A stretch of 15,872 bases of DNA. It comes from Opitutales bacterium (GTDB taxonomy: Bacteria; Verrucomicrobiota; Verrucomicrobiia; Opitutales; JABSRG01). Position numbers and translations under genes: made by a program. The notes below the pieces were generated by a model. It did no database searches and had not been told where the DNA came from. It worked only from the letters and a program-made list of their open reading frames with translations. Positions 1-6,784 of this stretch are shown in pieces. Location of the stretch: contig JBMYOQ010000084.1 of the NCBI GenBank assembly GCA_049599475.1, positions 1 through 15,872 of the forward strand. The letters are read 5' to 3'. Positions within the stretch are counted from its first letter, which is position 1. The number at the start of each line of letters is the position of its first letter.

Positions 1-178
1 CATGCCATAATAGTACAAGGCTTTTATCGATTTATTTGAAGACAGCCCCTAGTTTGCTATTATATATATAACCAGCGCATTGCTCGTGCCTTGGCGGTTC
101 TCTGCAACCGCGCGCGAGGGTGGCTCAAAATACGATTCGGTAAGAGGAGTGTTCAGAAATCCCTTGCCGGTACCAAGA

Positions 179-205
179 CTTCGCGGCTTCGCGCCTTCGC
201 GTGAG
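179..205. repeat. Short tandem repeat, three 8-bp units (cttcgcgg-cttcgcgc-cttcgcgt-gag), downstream of the phnI paralog
   Basis: Read directly from the sequence. The core cttcgYg unit recurs in the repeat at 4486-4515. A possible partial pairing partner, cgcgcgcgaggg, lies at 109-120. Confidence 0.7.
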
Positions 206-263
206 CCGCTACATCGTTATTGGTATTTTTGCGCTCCATCATACGGGCGCCTACTGCTAGTTC

Positions 264-1385
264 CTAAACCGAAACGCCTGCCTCGGCCTTTGCCTTTTTG
301 CGCGCGTTTGATCGGGTGACCGCCTCTTCTACATCCATTGATTTGGATGTGAAATCTGCGTGGCCTGGCATCAGCAAGCTGCGGATTTCGCCAGCGGCTT
401 CTGTCGCATCCGAGTGATACAAAATGTATTCGGGGTCGTTCGGTGGGCGAGTTTCGTCGGGAGTGCGCATGGCGTTTTCCAGTTTGCCCATGCAAATGGC
501 CTTTGTCTCGTTTTGACCGAAACACAGTCCATAGCCTACCGAATAATGAGGAGCGGATTTTTTGCCACCACTGGCACCACGGCCCACCATTTCGCATTCG
601 GTGACATTGATGCGGCCAATGCAGCGTGTGCGACCGCGCGCATCTTTAACCGAAACGCGTGGGGTGCCGTAGCGTAATTCTCCGATCGTTCCGTGTCCGC
701 CGCCGTAGCCACGTTGGCTAGCATATCCATAAGCCATCAAGGCTCCAGTCTCTGCACGGCTGAGCGTTTGTAGAGCTGCTGCACGCGATTGGGGGTATTC
801 GATAGGCTCGCGGCTGGCATCGTAAACGGGATCTTTTCCGTCAGTTTCCGGATCCTCCGGTTTCATGAGGCCTTGTTCGCGCATCACGTCGATGACGCGG
901 CGGAAGTTGTAAATATCAGCTTCATCGGCTGCTTCCATGCCTGCTAGGAGCTCAGTGCGCAAATTTTCGGCAGATACCTCGTCTTCGTAAGCGATGTCGC
1001 ATTCGAGAAGGCGCTGCGTGTAGTCGCGGGTCGGGCCGAGGACTTGTCCGCCTGGAATTTCGCGGAAGGAGGAGGAGATCCGGCGCTCCATGAGCATGTT
1101 GGTCGTATCGATGACCTCGCTCGTGTATTTTTGCTTAAGCTGGATGCGGTGTGCGCGTAAAATTTCGGCCGCTTCGATGGCATCCCCTTCGGTTTGCTTC
1201 AGGGCAATTGCTGCAAGTTCGGGTGCAAAGAGCCCTGACTCGCTGAGGACGCGGTCCACCAGGAGGCGCATCTGACCGAGGATTTGCTCGATTTCTGCGG
1301 GTTCTGTTTGCTCGCGCAGGCGGTAAAACTCGGAGAGCTCGGCTGCGTTTTGAAGGGCTGACTCGATAGCGCTTACGGAATTCAT
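264..1385 (-). CDS. phnI: Divergent PhnI paralog (C-P lyase complex subunit I-like), 373 aa
   Basis: Colinear by eye with the operon PhnI: LALKQxEGD-like AIALKQTEGD, ERRISSSFREIPGGQVLGPTRDY, LSRAETG, GELRYG, GYGLCFGQNETKAI. The C-terminal HLKLPHY motif is replaced by SLLMPGH and the N-terminal YVAIKGGE is lost. Confidence 0.9.
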   Translation of the reverse strand: MNSVSAIESALQNAAELSEFYRLREQTEPAEIEQILGQMRLLVDRVLSESGLFAPELAAIALKQTEGDAIEAAEILRAHRIQLKQKYTSEVIDTTNMLMERRISSSFREIPGGQVLGPTRDYTQRLLECDIAYEDEVSAENLRTELLAGMEAADEADIYNFRRVIDVMREQGLMKPEDPETDGKDPVYDASREPIEYPQSRAAALQTLSRAETGALMAYGYASQRGYGGGHGTIGELRYGTPRVSVKDARGRTRCIGRINVTECEMVGRGASGGKKSAPHYSVGYGLCFGQNETKAICMGKLENAMRTPDETRPPNDPEYILYHSDATEAAGEIRSLLMPGHADFTSKSMDVEEAVTRSNARKKAKAEAGVSV

Positions 1386-1393
1386 TGAGCGAG

Positions 1394-1426
1394 ATACTAC
1401 CCCGTAATGTTAAGCAGCGATAAACA
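1394..1426 (-). promoter_or_regulatory. Putative Pho box plus -10 element for the phnI paralog
   Basis: Minus strand reads TGTTTAT-cgct-GCTTAAC (11-bp period), 9 bp, TAGTAT, 8 nt, ATG. The geometry matches the sites upstream of phnG and phoB. Confidence 0.6.
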
Positions 1427-1600
1427 GGTTTGGGGATTTTGCGGTGAACCTGTGCGCGGGGATTTGGTATGAGCATCCGTATCGGAACTCCAATGTGAAG
1501 TGTCTACCTTTTCTGATAGACCAACATCAAGTTCACCCAATCAACACTTGCGGTTTCGGAATGGTCACATTTGTCGTGGTTTCGCAATAAAGCTCCCGAG

Positions 1601-1633
1601 ATGTTACTTTCGGGTGATTGTGTTTGATAAAAT
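1601..1633 (+). promoter_or_regulatory. Putative Pho box plus -10 element for phoBR (autoregulation)
   Basis: ATGTTAC-tttc-GGGTGAT, 9 bp, TAAAAT. Same spacing as the other two promoters, with a weaker second half-site. Confidence 0.5.
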
Positions 1634-1654
1634 CTTAGCGACCATGGCTCGTTA

Positions 1655-2356
1655 ATGTCGGAACAATTCGAGGTCGTAATTATTGAGGATGAGGTGGATA
1701 TCTTGGCGCCGCTTCAATTCTGTTTTGAAGCGGAGGGCTTTGTGGTGCATTCTGCGGAGGATGGAATTCAGGGCTTGAATCTCGTTCGCCGCCAAGTGCC
1801 AAACCTGATCATTCTGGACTTGATGCTCCCGCGCATGGATGGCCTCAGTCTGTGTGAGGAAGTGCGCAGCGATTTCAGGACACGAGATATTCCGGTGATT
1901 ATGCTGACGGCTCAGGACAGCCAAATGGATGTCATTAATGGTTTGAGTCGAGGCGCTGATGATTACGTCACCAAGCCTTTTTCAACGCGTGAGCTCGTCG
2001 CACGTGCGCGGGCTGTTTTGAAGCGGGGTCGATTTGTTGATTCTGAAGATGCATTGCTGCGCTTAGGGCCGCTGACTTTATCTGAAGGGGAGCAGATTGC
2101 TCTATTGAATGGCCAAGATGTGCGCCTCACCCCTACGGAGTTTAAGCTCTTGCACTTTTTGGCTGTGAATGCGGGGAATGCATTTACCCGCAATGACTTG
2201 TTGGACAAAGTGTTTGGCGAGGATGCCTATGTCATTGATCGCAATATCGACGTGCATATCCGGGCGATTCGGAAGAAGTTGGATTGGCCTGAGCTTATTT
2301 TGACTTTGCGCGGGTTTGGCTACCGTCTTGAGCTTCCGAAAGGTCCTGAAGCCTAA
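1655..2356 (+). CDS. phoB: OmpR/PhoB-family response regulator, probably the phosphate regulon regulator
   Basis: Receiver motifs IIEDE, ILDLMLP, MLTA and GADDYVTKPFS. Winged-helix motifs LTPTEFKLL, RNIDVHIRAIRKKL and TLRGFGY. Adjacent to a PhoR-like kinase and phn genes. Confidence 0.85.
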   Translation: MSEQFEVVIIEDEVDILAPLQFCFEAEGFVVHSAEDGIQGLNLVRRQVPNLIILDLMLPRMDGLSLCEEVRSDFRTRDIPVIMLTAQDSQMDVINGLSRGADDYVTKPFSTRELVARARAVLKRGRFVDSEDALLRLGPLTLSEGEQIALLNGQDVRLTPTEFKLLHFLAVNAGNAFTRNDLLDKVFGEDAYVIDRNIDVHIRAIRKKLDWPELILTLRGFGYRLELPKGPEA

Positions 2357-2371
2357 CCGCAGCTAAATTTT

Positions 2372-3910
2372 GTGAGCTTTTTTTTGCGTCTGTTTTTGGG
2401 CTTTACCCTAATGGTTTTGGTCATTGCGGGCGGGATCAGTATTGTTTCGATTCACAGCCTGAGATCCTTGGCGGAACAGCGCATTTTGGATGAGTCGATA
2501 GTGAACGCCCAAACCTCTTCAGTTATGAATACTGGGGTTTCAGAAGAGCTGGATGCTGCATTTTTATTGGAGGGTTTAAATGAAGCGGCGTTGAAAGAGG
2601 AAACCCTTGCCATTGTCCAAAGCGTTTCGTTGGCTGCTGGGGTAAGCGTCTTGGGGTGTTTGGCATTTGGTTGGTTTTTTGCGAAACGGTTGACGCAGCC
2701 CCTCGCCGTGATTGACGAAGGTTGCCGAAAGATCCTGGTGGGAAATTTGAATTACCAAATTGATTTGCCGCGAGGTGATAATGGAGGGCGTGTGGCTGAG
2801 ACGATCAATAAAATGACGCAGGAGCTTAGCAAACGTATCCAGCAGTCCAGTCAGCAGCGGAACCGTATGGAATTAATATTACAATCCTTGCAGGATGCGG
2901 TGTTAATGGTCGATCGCCAGGGCACGATTATTTTCTTCAACTCTGCGGCAGGGGAGTACCTGGATATGTATGACAGATCATGGCCCTTTACCGTCGAAAA
3001 GCACGTAAAGCTCGAAGTCTTGAGGAAAGAAATATTTCGGCAGGCAGAGAAAGCGGCTTCGTCGCGCACCGTCTTATCTTGGGAGGGAGAAGCGGCCGAA
3101 AAGCGCTATGTGGAGCTCTTTACAGAGCCTTTGGATGGTGATCGTCATGACACGGATGGCATCCTGTGTGTGATGCGCGACCAGACTCAGGAGCGACGCT
3201 TTGAAGACCTCCGTCGCGCTTTTTCCTCGAACGTCTCTCATGAGCTCAAAACACCTATCGCTGCGATTGGAGCGCTGCTCGAGACGATCGAGACCTACCC
3301 AGAAATGGTAATGGAACAGCGCACGCATTTTAACCAACGGATTCGCCACCAGAATGATCGCATGCTACGCTTGGTAAACGAGCTTCTGGCGCTCTCTAAA
3401 TTAGAAAGCGGCAGTGAGATTCTCGACCTCTCAAACTGCGATTTAACTGAGATCCTCGACTCGGTTCAAAACACATTTTTGCTTCTGGCGGAGAAGCGGA
3501 ACATTTCGTTGATTTTCGCCTTTGATCGGGAGGCAGATTTTAATCTTACAGCCGACGCCAAAGCACTGGAAATTATCTTGAATTCGCTCATCGACAACTC
3601 CCTGCGGCATGGTCCGCGAGAAGGATGGGTGCGCCTCGATGCCAAACGGCAGGAAACGGATATCGAGATTCAAATTTCTGATAATGGCCCGGGCATTCCA
3701 CCAGATGCCCAGCCACGGATTTTCGAAAGGTTTTATCGAGTCGAAGAGTCCCGTTCGCGGGATCGCGGTGGCAGCGGTATGGGCCTCGCGATTGTGAAGC
3801 ATTTAGTCCAAGCCCACCAAGGCACAATCGATCTGATAAGCAGCAATCGAGCAGGGACGATTTTTAAGATTGTTCTGCCCTGCGATTTGAATGCGCGAGA
3901 TTTAAGCTGA
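2372..3910 (+). CDS. phoR: PhoR-like sensor histidine kinase (2 TM, HAMP, PAS-like, HisKA, HATPase); GTG start
   Basis: H-box SNVSHELKTP, N-box variant NSLIDNSLRHG, G1 SDNGPGIP, IFERFYRVEESRSR and G2 GGSGMGLAIVKH. It has two N-terminal hydrophobic segments and starts 15 bp after the regulator. Confidence 0.85.
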   Translation: MSFFLRLFLGFTLMVLVIAGGISIVSIHSLRSLAEQRILDESIVNAQTSSVMNTGVSEELDAAFLLEGLNEAALKEETLAIVQSVSLAAGVSVLGCLAFGWFFAKRLTQPLAVIDEGCRKILVGNLNYQIDLPRGDNGGRVAETINKMTQELSKRIQQSSQQRNRMELILQSLQDAVLMVDRQGTIIFFNSAAGEYLDMYDRSWPFTVEKHVKLEVLRKEIFRQAEKAASSRTVLSWEGEAAEKRYVELFTEPLDGDRHDTDGILCVMRDQTQERRFEDLRRAFSSNVSHELKTPIAAIGALLETIETYPEMVMEQRTHFNQRIRHQNDRMLRLVNELLALSKLESGSEILDLSNCDLTEILDSVQNTFLLLAEKRNISLIFAFDREADFNLTADAKALEIILNSLIDNSLRHGPREGWVRLDAKRQETDIEIQISDNGPGIPPDAQPRIFERFYRVEESRSRDRGGSGMGLAIVKHLVQAHQGTIDLISSNRAGTIFKIVLPCDLNARDLS

Positions 3911-3923
3911 TATGACGGTTGGT

Positions 3924-3953
3924 TTAACCACGAAGAGCGCGATGAGTACGAAG
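3924..3953 (+). repeat. Left arm of an imperfect 30-bp inverted repeat flanking the GxxExxY gene
   Basis: ttaaccacgaagagcgcgatgagtacgaag matches the reverse complement of 4486-4515 at 21/30 positions without gaps (hand count). The accacgaag and acgaag ends are exact. Confidence 0.7.
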
Positions 3954-4062
3954 GCTGGATTTCTGGTGAGCGCGGGAGATGGATTCGTGTTCCGGTGGGT
4001 AAGTTCGTTGTGTTTGTAAAACTTAACGTGAAAACAACAGCGGCTCTTGCGTCGAATATGTC

Positions 4063-4434
4063 ATGGAATTCGATCCGCTCTCAAAAATGGTCATAGGAAG
4101 TGCCATAGAAGTGCACAGGTCTTTAGGTCCAGGCTTGTTGGAATCATCTTACCATAAGTGTCTCTGTCATGAACTGAAGTTGCGTGAAATTTCATTCGAA
4201 AGCGAAGCCTCATTACCTATCGAGTATAAGGGGGAAGTCATAGACTGCGGCTATCGAATAGATATTCTGTTCGAGCGTAGCCTGATCGTAGAATTAAAGA
4301 GCGTCCGATCCCTGGAACTTATTCACGAGGCCCAACTGCTCACCTACCTGAAACTTTCCGGGGTAGGAGTGGGCCTGTTACTCAATTTCAATGTTCTAAG
4401 AATGAAAGACGGTATAAAACGTTTTGTGCTCTAG
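4063..4434 (+). CDS. GxxExxY protein (PD-(D/E)XK nuclease-like), 123 aa
   Basis: Signature VHRSLGPGLLESSY, nuclease-like RIDIL...IVELKS, HEAQLLTYLK and GLLLNFNV. The length is typical of the family. Confidence 0.92.
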   Translation: MEFDPLSKMVIGSAIEVHRSLGPGLLESSYHKCLCHELKLREISFESEASLPIEYKGEVIDCGYRIDILFERSLIVELKSVRSLELIHEAQLLTYLKLSGVGVGLLLNFNVLRMKDGIKRFVL

Positions 4435-4485
4435 TTTCGAAGTATAGAAAATTGAACGTTTTCGAAAAAAGTACCCGCGTAACAG

Positions 4486-4515
4486 CTTCGTGTTCTCAGT
4501 GACCTTCGTGGTAAA
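4486..4515 (-). repeat. Right arm of the inverted repeat flanking the GxxExxY gene
   Basis: cttcgtgttctcagtgaccttcgtggtaaa; reverse complement is tttaccacgaaggtcactgagaacacgaag. Confidence 0.7.
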
Positions 4516-4542
4516 CAAAAATCCTCAAGAAAAACTGAAACC

Positions 4543-5442
4543 CTACACCCCATTCCAATCAGTCGCCATGATGCGGTTGCTGAGCTCTGGGCCGGCTGTG
4601 AAGCAAAAGTAGATTTGTTCTCGATGGGTAAACCTTACCTCCATCCAGTTGGATCCACTGGTCCCGATGAGTTGTAGGCGTGATTCTGAATCGACCGCAT
4701 ACTCCTTTATCACCGGGCCGGAGCGCGGTAGTTGCGCATGGGGCATCACGGGTGTTATCGGGAAGCGATCTAAGGTCTCCGAAAAAGTGTATGGCATCCG
4801 GATGACCAAATCTGCTCGATCTCTTTGTTTGCGGACACACTCCATATGGGCCGCCAAAACACTGGTGCAGAAACTCCAAAAGACGTTTGCGAAATTTACG
4901 CGACCGTAGCGTTCGTAGAGCCCCCGATAGCTCCGGCGCAGCACGCGGCCAATGGCGCGCATTTCGACGTAAACCACGAAGTCTGCTTTATCGACGATCG
5001 AGCTATGGGCCGAGTAGAGGCCTTCGAAAAGAACGATGTCGCATGGGGTAAGCGTCTGGGTGCCTTCGTGGGAACGTTTTTGAAACACATACTTGGGGAT
5101 CTCGGCGGAGCGTCCCGACCGCAGATCTTCGAGCACTTTGGGGAGGTAGGCGAAGCCATAGTTTTCAGGGGCGTCCTGGCGATACCGGGGATTGAGGTCG
5201 CTCAGTTGCTCGGGCAGATTTTGGAAATTGTCCTGGTGAAATAACAGGGCTTGCGAGTCGAATGCCTTTTTGAGCGATTGCGCGACTTGGGTCGATTTGC
5301 CCGTAGCAGAGCCCCCGCAGATAGCAATGATGACAGGCCGTTGACGCTCGCGCTGAATCTGCTGGATCTGTTTCTTAAGCAGTTCGAAAACGGATGCGTC
5401 CCAGTTGAGTGCGCGATCTGAGTGGACTGTGAGCCGAGTCAT
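4543..5442 (-). CDS. Uridine kinase/phosphoribulokinase-family P-loop kinase with a C-terminal extension, 299 aa
   Basis: IIAICGGSATGKST Walker A, HQDNF, IPKYVF, IVLFEGLY, an RRxxRxxxERxGR-like lid and ADLVI. About 80 extra C-terminal residues. Substrate uncertain. Confidence 0.8.
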   Translation of the reverse strand: MTRLTVHSDRALNWDASVFELLKKQIQQIQRERQRPVIIAICGGSATGKSTQVAQSLKKAFDSQALLFHQDNFQNLPEQLSDLNPRYRQDAPENYGFAYLPKVLEDLRSGRSAEIPKYVFQKRSHEGTQTLTPCDIVLFEGLYSAHSSIVDKADFVVYVEMRAIGRVLRRSYRGLYERYGRVNFANVFWSFCTSVLAAHMECVRKQRDRADLVIRMPYTFSETLDRFPITPVMPHAQLPRSGPVIKEYAVDSESRLQLIGTSGSNWMEVRFTHREQIYFCFTAGPELSNRIMATDWNGV

Positions 5443-5547
5443 AGGGCGTTGTTTGAACGACTAAGCGGCCTCATTTTGCAATGCTATAAAGGCGCTGTTT
5501 CCTAATCGTTGCAAAAGCTACCCCCCGTTATTTTCAAAAGGCTGCCC

Positions 5548-5580
5548 CCTTCATTTTGTCTTAACACGCGTCCGTAATAT
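5548..5580 (+). promoter_or_regulatory. Putative Pho box plus -10 element of the phn operon
   Basis: CCTTCAT-tttg-TCTTAAC, 9 bp, TAATAT, 9 nt, then the phnG ATG. No SD sequence. Confidence 0.6.
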
Positions 5581-5589
5581 CGGGTCGAA

Positions 5590-6012
5590 ATGGAATACGA
5601 CTCTGACTATATTTTGTGTGAGTGCGACCTCGATGCACTGAAAACACAGGTCGAACGCTTCGAAGAGCGCCTCGCGGTTCGCGTGACCAAGGAACCTGCG
5701 GTTTGCCTGACCATGGTACGCGCTGAGGACTCTCTCGAGCACCAAGAATTTTACCTCGGCGAGGCATTGACCACTGAGTGCGAAGTCGAGATCGACGGCG
5801 CAGCAGGCTACGGCTTGTGTCTCGGTGAGGAGCCCGTCCGCGGCTACTGCATCGCAGTCTTTGACGCGCTTCTTTACGGCAAGGATGAAGCCGACGCCGA
5901 AGCCCAATCTTTCATTTCTGAGCACACCGAGCTCGTTTCTCAAAAGGAACGCCAAGAGTTTGCCCGCACGCTGTCTACACGCGTCGACTTCAAACTCATG
6001 GAAGAAGACTAG
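5590..6012 (+). CDS. phnG: C-P lyase system protein PhnG, 140 aa
   Basis: LTMVRAEDS..EFYLGEALTTECEV, GYG, AVFDALL and C-terminal STRVDFKLM. First gene of the phnGHIJKL run. Confidence 0.92.
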   Translation: MEYDSDYILCECDLDALKTQVERFEERLAVRVTKEPAVCLTMVRAEDSLEHQEFYLGEALTTECEVEIDGAAGYGLCLGEEPVRGYCIAVFDALLYGKDEADAEAQSFISEHTELVSQKERQEFARTLSTRVDFKLMEED

Positions 6013-6030
6013 AATTTATAAAGGGAGAAA

Positions 6031-6102
6031 GGTAGGGGCAAGCGTCCCCGCTTGACCTTCCCAGAACCAAAATGCGGTCAACCGAGGACGGTTGCCCCTA
6101 CC
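6031..6102. repeat. Inverted pair of GTAG-type REP hairpins (REPIN-like doublet)
   Basis: ggtaggggcaagcgtccccgcttgacc (6031-6057, +) and the reverse complement of 6076-6102, ggtaggggcaaccgtcctcggttgacc. Confidence 0.85.
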
Positions 6103-6149
6103 AAATATTCAAAAGCCGATTTAACGGAATTATCCAATTTACCAATACC

Positions 6150-6761
6150 ATGATAGCACGCGAAGTCGTATTCGACGAAATTTTCGATTCCCAGGTATTA
6201 TTCCGATCCATTTTTGACGGAATGTCACGTCCAGGGAAAATCAATACTCTCAAATCTGTAGACATTTCTCCTCCAGAAGGCATCACGCGCGCTGCGTCAT
6301 TGGTGGCTTTTTCCCTTTTGAATGATGATGTCTCTGTGATGCTCGCCGAGCCAAATGAGGAAGTCGCTGATTACCTGCGCGGTAATACCGCGGTGCGCGA
6401 AGCTTCCGTTGCAGATGCTGATTTTATCATCGGGACTCCTGAGAATACGCTCACACTTATCGAACCATCCAAAGAAGGTGATCCGCTCTATCCTGAGCAA
6501 TCAGCGAGCTTTGTGTTGATGCTCGAAGATTTCGCAGAGGAGCCCGTGCAGGACGGACTTTGCCTTTTACTTTCAGGGCCTGGCATTAAGGATACTAAGA
6601 AAATTTTTGTATCCGGTTTTTCAGACAAATGGATACAGGAGCGCGCGGAGAAAAACTGTGAGTTCCCGCTGGGTGTCGACGTCATTTTGACCACTGAGAA
6701 AAATGGCGAGTGCTTTGTGACCTGCCTTCCGCGCACAACTAAAATCGAAGTCGTTCTTTAA
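6150..6761 (+). CDS. phnH: C-P lyase system protein PhnH (start revised from 6072 to the ATG at 6150)
   Basis: DSQVLFRSIFDGMSRPG, GDPLYPEQSA, LSGPGIK, FPLGVDVIL and CLPRTTKI. The upstream in-frame extension from 6072 runs through a REP. Confidence 0.9.
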   Translation: MIAREVVFDEIFDSQVLFRSIFDGMSRPGKINTLKSVDISPPEGITRAASLVAFSLLNDDVSVMLAEPNEEVADYLRGNTAVREASVADADFIIGTPENTLTLIEPSKEGDPLYPEQSASFVLMLEDFAEEPVQDGLCLLLSGPGIKDTKKIFVSGFSDKWIQERAEKNCEFPLGVDVILTTEKNGECFVTCLPRTTKIEVVL

Positions 6762-6784
6762 TTTTTTAGGAAAAAGGGAATCGA

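Noticed and set aside
1..75. AT-rich stretch with a (TA)n run and possible minus-strand ATGs at the window edge
   Set aside because: It may be the promoter or start of a gene outside the window, but nothing can be supported from the visible sequence.
80..319. 79-aa plus-strand ORF
   Set aside because: It has a TTG start, overlaps the phnI paralog end and runs through the cttcgcg repeat (LRGFAPSRE). There is no supporting motif.
3912..4019. Short ORF MTVGLTTKSAMSTK... upstream of the GxxExxY gene
   Set aside because: It is mostly a translation of the left repeat arm and is not in frame with GxxExxY.
6072..6149. 26-aa N-terminal extension of PhnH in the ORF track
   Set aside because: It is translated through the REP at 6076-6102. 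PhnH-like sequence begins only after the ATG at 6150.
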